A stretch of DNA of 64,000 nt from Pseudomonadota bacterium (GTDB lineage Bacteria; Desulfobacterota; Desulfobacteria; Desulfobacterales; RPRI01), in assembly GCA_043825875.1 (NCBI GenBank), contig JBDRRF010000079.1, forward strand, positions 224,353 to 288,352. The letters run 5' to 3'. Within the stretch, counting starts at the first letter, position 1, and each line of letters begins with the position of its first letter. The translations under genes were made by a program, and so were the position numbers. Below are positions 1 to 9,542 of the stretch, one piece after another. The notes under the pieces are model-generated. The model saw nothing but the letters and a program-made list of their open reading frames with translations, was not told where the DNA came from and did not search any database.

Positions 1-584
1 TTTTTATTCTTACCGGCTATATATATATCACCATACCCAATGGCATAACCATTATCATTTATACTTAGGCCATGTGAATAATGATCCAAATTTAAGCTTT
101 GACCCATTTCTAAAATCCCGGTAGTTTCTGAATAATATTGCGCAGAAAGATTAAAATCTGATATGCCAGTCCCAACTACTTCATTAATATTATTTATTGA
201 ATTTCCGTCCATTCCGATATATTGAATCAAATTATCCCGGTAGTTCCAAATATATCCATCATCACCGTTGCTTGGGGCTAGCATTCCACAACTTAATCCA
301 TTATCATTGAGATCACATAAATATCCATTCTCAATTGGAAGTTCATATATAATGTCCAAATTCATATCCCATACATAAGCAACAGTATTTAAGAGGCTGC
401 TTGGTCCAATATCATAACAAAAGCCAACAACCTCCCCTGAGTTATTTATGTTTCCCAAAACAGAATATTGTTGCCCATTAAATGAATCTTTTAATGTTAT
501 TTCATACTCAGTTGCTTGTCCAAAATTTTGTAATCCCAAAAATACCACTAACGCTAAAAGTATGCCTTTAATTTGAGTCTTCAT
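1..584 (-). CDS. Secreted protein with HAF-like extracellular repeats, running off the window edge
   Basis: Not in the ORF track. Hand translation from ATG at 584 (GGGAGG RBS at 591-596) gives MKTQIKGILLALVVFLGLQNFGQATEY (signal peptide), then repeats such as INNSGEVVG, LNDNGLSCG, INNINEVVG, INDNGYAIG. Open to position 1. Confidence 0.7.
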   Translation of the reverse strand, partial: MKTQIKGILLALVVFLGLQNFGQATEYEITLKDSFNGQQYSVLGNINNSGEVVGFCYDIGPSSLLNTVAYVWDMNLDIIYELPIENGYLCDLNDNGLSCGMLAPSNGDDGYIWNYRDNLIQYIGMDGNSINNINEVVGTGISDFNLSAQYYSETTGILEMGQSLNLDHYSHGLSINDNGYAIGYGDIYIAGKNK

Positions 585-685
585 TTTAAACCTCCCGACA
601 GTTTCAATGTTATTATTAAGAGAATAGATCCTTTCCGTTATTTATTGTCTATCCACTAATTCAAAAATCAGGATATGCTTATTCA

Positions 686-1060
686 TTATTTAGTTTTTGA
701 TCTAATCTCTTGCTTGGCTACGTCCTTAGAACCATAAGCCTTTAAGTAAACCTCTTCGTATTTTACACTCCACCATAACAGCTCGATAAATATATTGTTC
801 CTCCACCGCCCTTTGCCATCCATGCTGATTCGTATCTTGTTTGCTTTAAGAATTCCGGTAAATGCTTCCGAAGTAAATTGACTGCCCTGATCGGCATTGA
901 AAATATCAGGCTTCCCAAAACGTATTATTGCCTCTTCAAGCGCCTCTATACAAAATAAATTATCCATCGTGGTAGACACACGCCAGGATAAAAAGAAAAT
1001 ATTAGGGTCGCATCTTAAATGTTTATTTTTTTTAATTCTATTGGCACAACCTTTTAGCAT
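686..1060 (-). pseudogene. IS3-family transposase OrfB (rve integrase core) fragment
   Basis: SWRVSTTMD...FGKPDIFNADQGSQFTS...ISMDGKGRWRNNIFIE..W.SVKYEEVYL is typical of IS3 OrfB. The N-terminus and OrfA are missing and the C-terminus is truncated. Confidence 0.85.
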
Positions 1061-1236
1061 GCGGTCACTCTGTATCTTATTTGCAAATTAAGTTTACTAG
1101 TTTAATACGCACCTAATACTACCCCTTATTACGCTTCTTTCTTTTTTAATTTCCTTTATAGTAATATGCTAAGAAAGACATCTGATAAAAACTATATAAC
1201 TAAAGAACACCCCCGATATCCCCCTGGTTAGGCACT

Positions 1237-1758
1237 TTAATGCAACTGCATCAATAGCTTATTGAGAAGCTTAGTTTCGTACCTATTAAAATAATTTTTA
1301 AGTTTGAAGCTCATTCTTTCTTTATAATTTTTTTGCATATCTAAAGCTTTAATCATATTCTCTGGGTTTTTTGAACGCAAAAGTTTCTGCAATTCCTCAT
1401 CTCTTTGAATAATGGCATGGGATGATATTGTTATCTGGCGTTCTGCGCAAAATTCGGCAAGCTCAACGAAATTATTAAATTTATTGACTACCGTAGTATC
1501 CTCTCTCCTGTCGCTTGAATATGAATATATTCGATAACCATCTTCATCAAGAACAATATGTGAAGCATCACTTCTTTCTGCTAATGGTTCATATTTCTTA
1601 CCTATAAAAATTGGGTAGTATCTTGTCTTGAACATCAACTCGCCTATATTATGAATACCAGCTTTAAGCTTTTCTTTCTTGGGGGCAGGGAGCCCGAGAC
1701 TTCTTATCGAGCCGTTTAAAATAAGCCTACAAATACTTTCAATTATTATTTTCTTCAT
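1237..1758 (-). CDS. Hypothetical gene-cassette protein (weak resemblance to Imm63-like immunity proteins)
   Basis: 173-aa ORF starting just after the attC R' site and ending 3 nt before an R''-like GCCTAAC. Family resemblance (HIVLDEDGYRIYSY) is weak. Confidence 0.55.
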   Translation of the reverse strand: MKKIIIESICRLILNGSIRSLGLPAPKKEKLKAGIHNIGELMFKTRYYPIFIGKKYEPLAERSDASHIVLDEDGYRIYSYSSDRREDTTVVNKFNNFVELAEFCAERQITISSHAIIQRDEELQKLLRSKNPENMIKALDMQKNYKERMSFKLKNYFNRYETKLLNKLLMQLH

Positions 1759-1773
1759 GATATTAATTCCGTG

Positions 1774-1903
1774 GCCTAACGCTCCAAATCACCGAGTGCA
1801 AATGGCTTTCACCAAATTATGCAAAAGCCAAAAAGCGTCGATGAATAATGACTTGTTAAAAAGACCCACGGCCTTTTGCATCCGGTGCATTTGGCGGTTC
1901 GGG
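1774..1903 (-). mobile_element. Integron attC recombination site
   Basis: Minus strand: R'' CCCGAAC, 5 nt, L'' AATGCACC ... L' GGTGATT, 6 nt, R' GTTAGGC. L'' carries one extra unpaired base and the arms keep pairing (GATGCAAAAGGC / GCCATTTGCA). Length 130 bp; overlaps the 3' end of the upstream gene. Confidence 0.85.
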
Positions 1904-2431
1904 CTGAAAGTTCATTCTGTTTAAAAACCCATCTTCATATTTAACCTGCGTTAAGAACCAACCACGATGCAATAATTCTTTCTTTTTCAATGCGTTGATA
2001 AACCCATGTCCAATAATTACAATTCTTTCATTTTCTAAAAGCTTTAACTCGATTGTTTCAACTATTCTCTTTACCCTCTGCCTGACCTCTTTAAAAGATT
2101 CACATTTTGTTTTAAGCCCTAATAACCAAAGTGACCTCGAAATGAATAACCATAACTTTGCCTTAAGCCGCACTGGAGGAAATACTATCAATGGGATTTC
2201 TGCTTCACGGAATATTGAATCCTCAATGATCTTTTTGCCTATGAGCCTTCCAGTTTCAATACTTCTCATAAGATCACTTGTATATACGATCTCTTCCTTA
2301 TCTCTTTCGATTTCATCAATGCAAATTCCTGCCGCACTTTACCTTTGTAACCAGAGCGGAAAATCGCCCCCAGAAATTATTTCACTATCAGAGACTGTTG
2401 GTTTTGCATGACGATAAATAATTATTTCCAT
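1856..2431 (-). pseudogene. Histidine phosphatase (phosphoglycerate mutase-like) family cassette gene interrupted by an in-frame TAA
   Basis: ATG at 2431 gives MEIIIYRHAKP (RH motif), TAA at codon 31 (2339-2341), then continues in frame to VYTSDLMRSIET...VIIGHG of the listed 1856..2269 ORF. Confidence 0.8.
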
Positions 2432-2440
2432 TTTCCAAGA

Positions 2441-2535
2441 ACCGAACAGTTGAGATATATGGAAATTTTTTCCACCTATTGCCTATAATACAATGGAACA
2501 TTTTCCATCTATTGCGATATTAAGCATACAAACAT
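2441..2535 (-). other. attI-like site at the start of the cassette array, with upstream direct repeats
   Basis: GTTCGGT on minus (2441-2447) just before the first cassette ATG; complementary at 6/7 to that cassette's R''. Direct repeats TTTTCCA(C/T)CTATTGC at 2468 and 2501. Confidence 0.55.
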
Positions 2536-2881
2536 GGAAAACTTGGAATTAAATTTTTCATGTATGAGTTTCATTATTAAATAGTATGGAAATATAAAAA
2601 ACCGCGGATTGCAGCGCCGCAATATTGTTTTTATAAATTGTTGATCGTTTTATTTAGATTGAATCATACCAAGTTTCCAATAAACATATTATATAAAACT
2701 GGCTGAATCTTAATATTTTTGAGGAGTTAAAGCATACAAACATTATTCATCTTTATATGTCAATAATTATTTAAGTAATGACAAGTAACCAATTGTGCTT
2801 CACATTTTATAAACTTGTAATCCATGTCTATACTGGGCACTGGCTTTCGAAACTATACCATACTATAATTATTGATTCCTT

Positions 2882-2964
2882 TGTCATTACGAGAGAAGTG
2901 AGAAATGTTTTTTTTAATATGGTTGTAAGCTTTAAGATTTCTCGGCTATTGCCTTGAAATGACA
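2882..2964. repeat. Palindromic REP-like element with TGTCATT...AATGACA ends
   Basis: TGTCATTACGAG..GAGAAAT ... ATTTCTC..TTGAAATGACA nested inverted repeats, intergenic. Confidence 0.6.
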
Positions 2965-3013
2965 TTACTACACAGTCTCTTTTCTCCGGTGCGAAGATAA
3001 ATGAGATAATATT

Positions 3014-3217
3014 TCAAACTTTTTTTTCATTTACCAATCGCGCAAAGTGTTCAAAAGATCTGTCATATGTTTTTTCCGCATCAGCGGAAAAACAGCATCC
3101 GGGCAGTTGTCTGCTTTTCAGATGATATTTCAAGCATTCGCAGCAGTAGCCTTTTTGTTTACAAGGTTCATAACTACAGTTACAAGTTGTGAGATTCTTT
3201 TCGACTTTGCATTCCAT
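3014..3217 (-). CDS. Small Cys-rich protein (DUF6485-like)
   Basis: [19 protein letters not shown]...LPGCCF...YDRS pattern; AGGAG RBS. Confidence 0.75.
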   Translation of the reverse strand: MECKVEKNLTTCNCSYEPCKQKGYCCECLKYHLKSRQLPGCCFSADAEKTYDRSFEHFARLVNEKKV

Positions 3218-3224
3218 AATACTA

Positions 3225-4043
3225 TCACTCCTTTTTTTGTTTTACAACTTCGTCTACCAGCCTTTTTACTTCTTTAAGATACATCTCCATCCCTACTGCA
3301 AAAATAGTATTATGATCGGCATCCGGTATTTTAAGAAATTTTTTGTTTGGTGAAGAGCTTGCATCAAAAAGAGCCTGGCCGTCAGTAAAGGGAATAATAT
3401 GATCATATTCAGCATGTATGATAAGTACCGGTTTAGCAAAGTTTCGCATATTATCTATATTATGAAGATCGTGTTTCTCATCAATTCCCAATCTGTGGAT
3501 ATCAACTCCTATAAGACTTAACAGCGGAAGGACATTGGCAAAGCCGCTTTCTATTATAAGACCATCTATATCATTTTGATAATGTCCGGCAAGTTCAAGA
3601 GCAGAAGCACTCCCAAGAGATCTTCCCATAACAAGTATCGGCCCGGAATAGTCTTTTTGCTTAAGCCACTGCTTTATATAATCAAATATCACATGACAGT
3701 CGCGCATCATGTTTGTAACTGTAGGAGTTCCTGCTGAGCGACCGTATCCCCTGTAGTCCACAGGAAGAAAGTTGAAACCTATTTTTGTATATACAGGGCC
3801 TAAGTCATCATAGTCAGATACAATTTCACCGTTTCCGTGAAAATAAAGGATCACGGGAGCAGACTTTTCCGCACTGTGCAGTTTCGCTCCAATAGATATG
3901 CCGTTTTCAACAGGAATAAAAATATCTTCCACCTCTTTTGCAAATGTTAAAGAGTCTCCCCAATCCGGCCTTGGATGAAAAAGAAGTGCCAATATCTCCG
4001 GCTGGTCAAGTGAAGAATAATCGGCTCCGGAAAAATCGTTCAT
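3225..4043 (-). CDS. Alpha/beta hydrolase
   Basis: [19 protein letters not shown] nucleophile elbow, D and H (ADHN) catalytic residues. Confidence 0.9.
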   Translation of the reverse strand: MNDFSGADYSSLDQPEILALLFHPRPDWGDSLTFAKEVEDIFIPVENGISIGAKLHSAEKSAPVILYFHGNGEIVSDYDDLGPVYTKIGFNFLPVDYRGYGRSAGTPTVTNMMRDCHVIFDYIKQWLKQKDYSGPILVMGRSLGSASALELAGHYQNDIDGLIIESGFANVLPLLSLIGVDIHRLGIDEKHDLHNIDNMRNFAKPVLIIHAEYDHIIPFTDGQALFDASSSPNKKFLKIPDADHNTIFAVGMEMYLKEVKRLVDEVVKQKKE

Positions 4044-4086
4044 ATGTTAACCTCCTATATTTTATTTATCTTGCTACTCTTTTACT

Positions 4087-5388
4087 TCATATCAGTTGTT
4101 CTATTTCTTTAATTATTTTATTTATTTCATCTATGCGATGGTCGTTATCAGTAAGCGGCAATGCTTTTTTATACATATCAAGAGCCTCCAGATATTTTTT
4201 TTGCTCGTTTTTCAATTGAGCGTAATGATAGTATATCTTAAAAGAACCGTTATCAACAGCCAAAGCATTTGAAAGATAAAATTCTGCAAGATCGAGCTGT
4301 TTGGTACTTAAGCAAAATTCCCCAAGCCTGAACAATACTTCTTCATCAATTGTTAAAATCGAAAGAAGTTTTGCAATCTCTGCATTGTATTCCAATGTCT
4401 GCCCGCTTGATTTATACCCAACAGCGGCTACAATATGCGGCATAGGATGATCAGGATGATTTTCTATTGCTTTTTCTGCCAGGCTTAATGCTCCTTGCAC
4501 CCTACCCTCTTTCAAAAGCTGTTCGGCCTGCTCAACTTCATCCTGCAAGACAAGCAACCGATAATCGATATCATCTCCGTTTACAAAAACATTAAAAAAG
4601 TGGCTGAATGCCCCATCTTCTAAAGTACCGGCCAGCGGAGCACCGGAGCCTCCGGCAATTATCTGGCTCAATCCGGAAACTACCGAATAATTATAAACAT
4701 GCACATGCCCGGCAAATACCATATCAACATTGTACTGCTTTAGCAGACCGGCAAGTTCATTACGCTTTTCCGGATATTTATTCAATGAATCCTCCTGATG
4801 TTTTATCTTAGGATATAAAGGCCTGTGCAGCAGTACAAAAATATGTTTACCTTCAGCCCCCTTCAAATCATTTTTGAGCCACTCAAGTTGTTTACCCGTA
4901 ATCAGGGCCTCTTCACTCTCAAGTTCACTGCATAATATGATAAAATGACAATTCTTTACATCAACCGAATAATAAAGCGTTCCGGTCTCCTTGTTTATAT
5001 ATCGTTTTGCAAATGCTTTTCTGGCTTGTTTCGTATATCCGGCATGATTTCCCATAGTGATGTATAAGGGAATATTCTTTTCCCGTATCAGTGCTGTGGC
5101 TTTCTCAAAATCCTCGAATTCTTTTTCTGCCTTTTTTTCTGAATCAGCATCATAACCCAAAACAAGATCGCCGGTATTAAGTATCAGTGCAGGATCAAGT
5201 TCAACAGACTTGTTAACTGCCTTGTAGTATATATATGGTTGTTCCGGCCGAAACTCATTTGCCGGGCGGTTATCACCCATAACTACAAAATTTAACGCTT
5301 GTTCTTCATGCTGTTCAGCCGCATAAACTGTCCATGAACCAAACAATAAAATCAGCAAAACAGAAACAGAATATATTTTTCTTTTCAT
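4087..5388 (-). CDS. Exported calcineurin-like metallophosphoesterase with C-terminal TPR repeats
   Basis: Signal peptide; GDNR, TGD, GNH, H, GHVH motifs; TPR-like helical tail. Confidence 0.85.
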   Translation of the reverse strand: MKRKIYSVSVLLILLFGSWTVYAAEQHEEQALNFVVMGDNRPANEFRPEQPYIYYKAVNKSVELDPALILNTGDLVLGYDADSEKKAEKEFEDFEKATALIREKNIPLYITMGNHAGYTKQARKAFAKRYINKETGTLYYSVDVKNCHFIILCSELESEEALITGKQLEWLKNDLKGAEGKHIFVLLHRPLYPKIKHQEDSLNKYPEKRNELAGLLKQYNVDMVFAGHVHVYNYSVVSGLSQIIAGGSGAPLAGTLEDGAFSHFFNVFVNGDDIDYRLLVLQDEVEQAEQLLKEGRVQGALSLAEKAIENHPDHPMPHIVAAVGYKSSGQTLEYNAEIAKLLSILTIDEEVLFRLGEFCLSTKQLDLAEFYLSNALAVDNGSFKIYYHYAQLKNEQKKYLEALDMYKKALPLTDNDHRIDEINKIIKEIEQLI

Positions 5389-5405
5389 ATCTTACCCTTT
5401 CCTAA

Positions 5406-5771
5406 TCATCCCCCGGTAAGTTTGACTTTGTAGCCAAGCATGCCTAATTCTTTTTCCAGCACACCCCTGTGATCTCCCTGAATTTCAATTACTCCGTTCT
5501 TTACACTGCCACCGCTCCCGCACTTTTGTTTAAGGACTTTCGCAATATTTTTCAGATCTTCATCATCTAAAGGCAAACCGGTTATCAAGGTTACACCTTT
5601 TCCTTTTCGCCCCTTTGTTTCTCTCATTAACCTTACTATCCCATCGCTTTTAGGAGCAGATTGTTTTTTCCGGCAAATACAATTTACGACAGGTTTATTG
5701 CAGGCAGGACACATTTTACCAAACTCTGTTGAGTAAACCAAACTGGTATTTTTATTATTGTGAACTTTCAT
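5406..5771 (-). CDS. yciH: Translation initiation factor SUI1/YciH
   Basis: LVYSTE, RETKGRKGKGVT, LKQKCGSGG, IEIQGDHR. Confidence 0.92.
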   Translation of the reverse strand: MKVHNNKNTSLVYSTEFGKMCPACNKPVVNCICRKKQSAPKSDGIVRLMRETKGRKGKGVTLITGLPLDDEDLKNIAKVLKQKCGSGGSVKNGVIEIQGDHRGVLEKELGMLGYKVKLTGG

Positions 5772-6423
5772 AGCGGATTTTATATTGTTTTTGGAAGTAA
5801 TTTCAGCGAAGTTTCATGCGCCCGTTTATCAATTAATAAATAACAAGCTGCCTCGCCATTGTTGAGTAGTCCTTCGAACCCTATAAATATGGATATTTTC
5901 CCGTATGCATATATTTTTTTATATATGCACACAATATATGCTTCCGTCAATATCTGAGTTTTGCAGCAACTAAAGACGCGGTTATGCAACGAGTTTCCGG
6001 ACTCCTAAAAAGATAAATTTCATCTCCTGCAAATCAAATACATTAAGCCAATACAAATTTACACTATTAATTTGAATAGTTCGGTTTTTTCATATCATTA
6101 TCAAATGCTGTTTAAAAATAGTTGATAAAAATAGTTTGATAAAATCCATTAATTGAATTAAAATTTATATATAATTTATTTTTGTTTGGACAGAATTATT
6201 TCTTATACTAAATCTCTCGTATTCCTTCAGGATAAAGCTCACGTAATTTGACGCTAATCTGAACATCAGTGAAACAACCAGACCTCTTAAAACGGTTATA
6301 GCAAATTTTCGTATCTTGTTAATTTAATTGTTTGTATGTGTTTATATTAATTCATGGACTAAAGCATTTAAATTAGATCAATTAAAACCGATTGGCATAA
6401 CATAAACATGAAAGGAGGTTATA

Positions 6424-7047
6424 ATGGAAAGACAACTTATCAATTATAAAACTTTACTTAATGTTACAAAGGTCATTTCACATTCTAAAGATCCGGAAGA
6501 AGTAGCACTAATGACAGTTGAAAGCATCAAGCACGCATTGGGAGCAAAGGGCTGCGCGTTATTTCTGATCAATCGTAAAACCAATATGCTAGAATTGGCA
6601 ACTTCTTATGGATTGAGCAAAGAGTATATCAACAAAGGCCCTTTAAATTCCCTACGTTCCATTGCTCAATCGCTGGAAGAAGGGCCGGTGGCAATTTGCG
6701 ATGTTATGGACGACCCAAGGATTCAATACCCGGAAGAAGCAAAAAAGGAAGGAATCGCTTCTATTTTGTCGGTTCCGATCATAGTCGGCGGCAATATAAT
6801 GGGAGCGATGCGTGTTTATACTTCGGAAGCATGGGACTTCACATTGGAAGATGTTAACTTTGTTCAGGCCTTGGCCGAACTTGCCGGAATGTCAATTAGT
6901 ATGGCCAAGTATTCAAAAGGATTAAAAAGCAGCATCGAAGTCTTAAAAACAATGAGAGAGGTTGAAATTCACAAATCTACAAGAAGAACCCCCTATGAGG
7001 GTGTTCCTGTAAGTGTTTCTTCAAAAGAACTCCCTATGCATGCTTAG
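6424..7047 (+). CDS. Stand-alone GAF domain protein
   Basis: ATSYGLSKEY, DPRIQYPEEAKKEGIASILSVP; strong AGGAGG RBS. Confidence 0.85.
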   Translation: MERQLINYKTLLNVTKVISHSKDPEEVALMTVESIKHALGAKGCALFLINRKTNMLELATSYGLSKEYINKGPLNSLRSIAQSLEEGPVAICDVMDDPRIQYPEEAKKEGIASILSVPIIVGGNIMGAMRVYTSEAWDFTLEDVNFVQALAELAGMSISMAKYSKGLKSSIEVLKTMREVEIHKSTRRTPYEGVPVSVSSKELPMHA

Positions 7048-7070
7048 CAATCAGAGTTTGAGGTAATAAA

Positions 7071-7149
7071 TGACAATAAACACCAGGGGCATCTAATCAC
7101 GTTTTTTTGAGAATTTATTTAGTCAACAGGTGCCCCTTATTTATTGTTA
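7071..7149. repeat. Inverted repeat between convergent genes (bidirectional terminator or REP-like)
   Basis: ACAATAAA..AGGGGCATCT ... AGGTGCCCCT..TTTATTGT. Confidence 0.5.
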
Positions 7150-7168
7150 ATAGCAAGACTACTGTTCT

Positions 7169-7438
7169 TCAAAGACCCTTCATACTAAACAGCACCACCT
7201 TATCTCCAAGTAATTTCACATTAATATACTTCTCATTATTACCCCATTTACAAGTTTTCGCACCCATGGCACCGGAGCATCTATCAGCTTCACCCAAAAT
7301 TTCAATTACTTTGTTATAATCCATGCCTAATTCCAAACGGCCATAATTTTCCGAAGTTAACTTGCTGCACCCAATTGCAAACAAAAAGGATATGGCTAAA
7401 ATACAAAGCAAAGTTTTTTTTATTATTTTATGTCGCAT
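7169..7438 (-). CDS. Small lipoprotein (DUF3862/BLIP-like)
   Basis: Lipobox AIGC; SKLTSENYGRLELGMDY. Confidence 0.75.
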   Translation of the reverse strand: MRHKIIKKTLLCILAISFLFAIGCSKLTSENYGRLELGMDYNKVIEILGEADRCSGAMGAKTCKWGNNEKYINVKLLGDKVVLFSMKGL

Positions 7439-7719
7439 TTCATCTCCTAAGAATATAATTTTAAAGTCAAAAATTTATGGGAATATAACAAAAAAACCGG
7501 AAATTGGCAAAGTATAAACCAATTTACAATTTTTGCATTGTATTTATATGGAGCAGTTTTTCGTACCAAGTTTACTGGGTTTTATCATTATTGACAGTTG
7601 AGCACTATAGGTTTATTTTATTAGATATTGTATTTTGAACATAATCATGTCCTATCCAATTACATTTCAAAACCAGCTGAGTCGTTTAATATTTAAATGA
7701 AACAAAAGGGATAATAATA

Positions 7720-8643
7720 ATGCAGCAGTTAAACGAATATATCTCAGTATCTCCTGAACTGTTTGAGAAAATAGTAATTTCTCTTGTTGTTCTGATTGTT
7801 TTTAGCATAGGCAGAATCGTCTTGAATCTTGTTGTAAAAAGAAAATTTACGGATGCAAGGCGGGCATACCATTATCGCCGTTTTATCTTATACACATATA
7901 CCATTCTTTTGGTGCTGATTATAGGACGAATATGGGTAAAAGGAATAGATTCAATAACGACTTTTTTAGGTTTAGCAACAGCCGGTATCGCAATAGCTAT
8001 GCATGATACCATTGCGAATCTTGCCGGATGGCTTTTTATCATCTGGCGTAAACCTTTTTCCGTTGGGGATCGTATTGAAATTGGCGGTGTAGCAGGCGAT
8101 GTTATTGATATCAGAATTTTTCAGTTCAGCCTGATTGAAATCGGGAACTGGGTTGATGCTGATCAAAGCACGGGAAGAATTATTCATATCCCAAACAGTA
8201 AAGCATTAAGAGAACCTTTGGCTAATTACCAAATCGGATTTGAACATATCTGGAATGAAATTCCTGTACTTATAACATTTGAAAGTAATTGGAAAAAGGC
8301 GAAGGAAATACTAAATAATATTGTCTTAGACAAAACCATGCACCTTTCCAAAGGCGCACAGGACCAGATACGAAACGCTGCAAAAAAGTACTTTATATTT
8401 TATGACAAGCTTACCCCTATAGTATACACATCAGTCAAAGACAGCGGTGTTTTACTGACTCTTCGTTATCTTGTTAAGCCTCGTGAAAGAAGAATAACGG
8501 AACAGCAAATATGGGAGGCGATTCTGGATGCTTTCGGAAAAGATAAAGAAATAGATCTGGCATATCCTACTACCAGGTTTTATAGTGATAATAGTGAGTG
8601 CCAAAAAGGGTTCAAGGAGTCAAGGATGCAAGGGGGCGAGTGA
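7720..8643 (+). CDS. MscS-family mechanosensitive channel
   Basis: Three TM helices, KPFSVGDRIEIG, IHIPNS, IDLAYPT. The last residues derive from an 8-nt repeat arm. Confidence 0.9.
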   Translation: MQQLNEYISVSPELFEKIVISLVVLIVFSIGRIVLNLVVKRKFTDARRAYHYRRFILYTYTILLVLIIGRIWVKGIDSITTFLGLATAGIAIAMHDTIANLAGWLFIIWRKPFSVGDRIEIGGVAGDVIDIRIFQFSLIEIGNWVDADQSTGRIIHIPNSKALREPLANYQIGFEHIWNEIPVLITFESNWKKAKEILNNIVLDKTMHLSKGAQDQIRNAAKKYFIFYDKLTPIVYTSVKDSGVLLTLRYLVKPRERRITEQQIWEAILDAFGKDKEIDLAYPTTRFYSDNSECQKGFKESRMQGGE

Positions 8644-8785
8644 AAGGCTTAAAATATAATGAATTAATAGTTTGGCAACAATCCTATCAGTTATGTTTTA
8701 ACGTTTGTAAAATCAACAAACAACCTCTTGAACCCTTGAACCCTGGAACCCTCGAATCCTGGAATCCTGGAATCCTGGAATCCTT
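8606..8785 (+). mobile_element. 8-nt-repeat-armed element, copy 1, with four-helix-bundle gene remnant
   Basis: Left arm AAGGGTTC-type x4, right arm GAA(C/T)CCTN x7 in inverted orientation; interior encodes YNELIVWQQSYQLC. Confidence 0.7.
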
Positions 8786-8819
8786 TGATAGATTAAAATG
8801 CTTCCGTTATAAAAAAGTA

Positions 8820-9542
8820 TCAACTAAATGCATCCCTCACATTTCGCTCAATTGTCTGAAAAAACTCTGGGCTTAATGCATATGCTAGCACCTCAAATTT
8901 CCACATGGTTTCGTCAGAGTTTTCCTTAAGATTAATTTGCGGCTCTTTTTTAATACTTGCACCTGTTGAAAGCATAATAGCATTTTTTATCAGATTTTTT
9001 GCTTCTTCTATCGAAGCTTTCTTTTTTATTTCAATATCAAACCGGTGCAAAGTTGTCTTGTCCCGTGGCTGAATCTTATAATGGATAGCAGAACTTATTT
9101 TGCTATAGGGGATTTTAACAACAGCACCATCCTCTGTTGATAAAATCAAATTCAGATAACCGGCTTCAACAATTACACCCTCAATTTCATTTAACATGAT
9201 ATGCTGGCCCGGCTGATAATTATCGCCCAACTTGAGCACAAAACCTGCAATAAAGTCTTTTGCCATAAACCAGCCAAGCCAGATTACTATAACGGCAGTT
9301 ATGCTTATTACAGCCAAAAAATAATAATCACTGTCTTTTAATGTTATATGAAGACCCCAAAATCCAAAAACACTCCATATCAGTATTTCAGCAATCTGGA
9401 AAAATTGTTTTGTCCGGTTCTTTTGGATCTTTACTATAATTGTTTTGTTTATAATTTTTAATGCAAAGGAAAGTAATATCCCAAGCATAATAACTATCAG
9501 TAATGATAATCCCGAAAACTCAATATTTAACAACTCATTCAT
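8820..9542 (-). CDS. MscS-domain membrane protein
   Basis: Three TM helices, KDFIAG, VKIPYS. Probable start ATG at 9542 overlaps the TGA of the upstream gene (ATGA). Confidence 0.8.
   Translation of the reverse strand: MNELLNIEFSGLSLLIVIMLGILLSFALKIINKTIIVKIQKNRTKQFFQIAEILIWSVFGFWGLHITLKDSDYYFLAVISITAVIVIWLGWFMAKDFIAGFVLKLGDNYQPGQHIMLNEIEGVIVEAGYLNLILSTEDGAVVKIPYSKISSAIHYKIQPRDKTTLHRFDIEIKKKASIEEAKNLIKNAIMLSTGASIKKEPQINLKENSDETMWKFEVLAYALSPEFFQTIERNVRDAFS

Noticed and set aside
2339..2341. Selenocysteine or pyrrolysine recoding
   Set aside because: The codon is TAA, not TGA or TAG.
5780..5989. 69-aa ORF upstream of yciH, and ORFs 27334..27534, 35382..35567, 35518..35919, 48104..48334
   Set aside because: They overlap regulatory or repeat DNA, have weak starts and show no protein-like motifs.
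8725..8785. Tandem repeats as a CRISPR array
   Set aside because: 8-nt units with no spacers and no cas genes.
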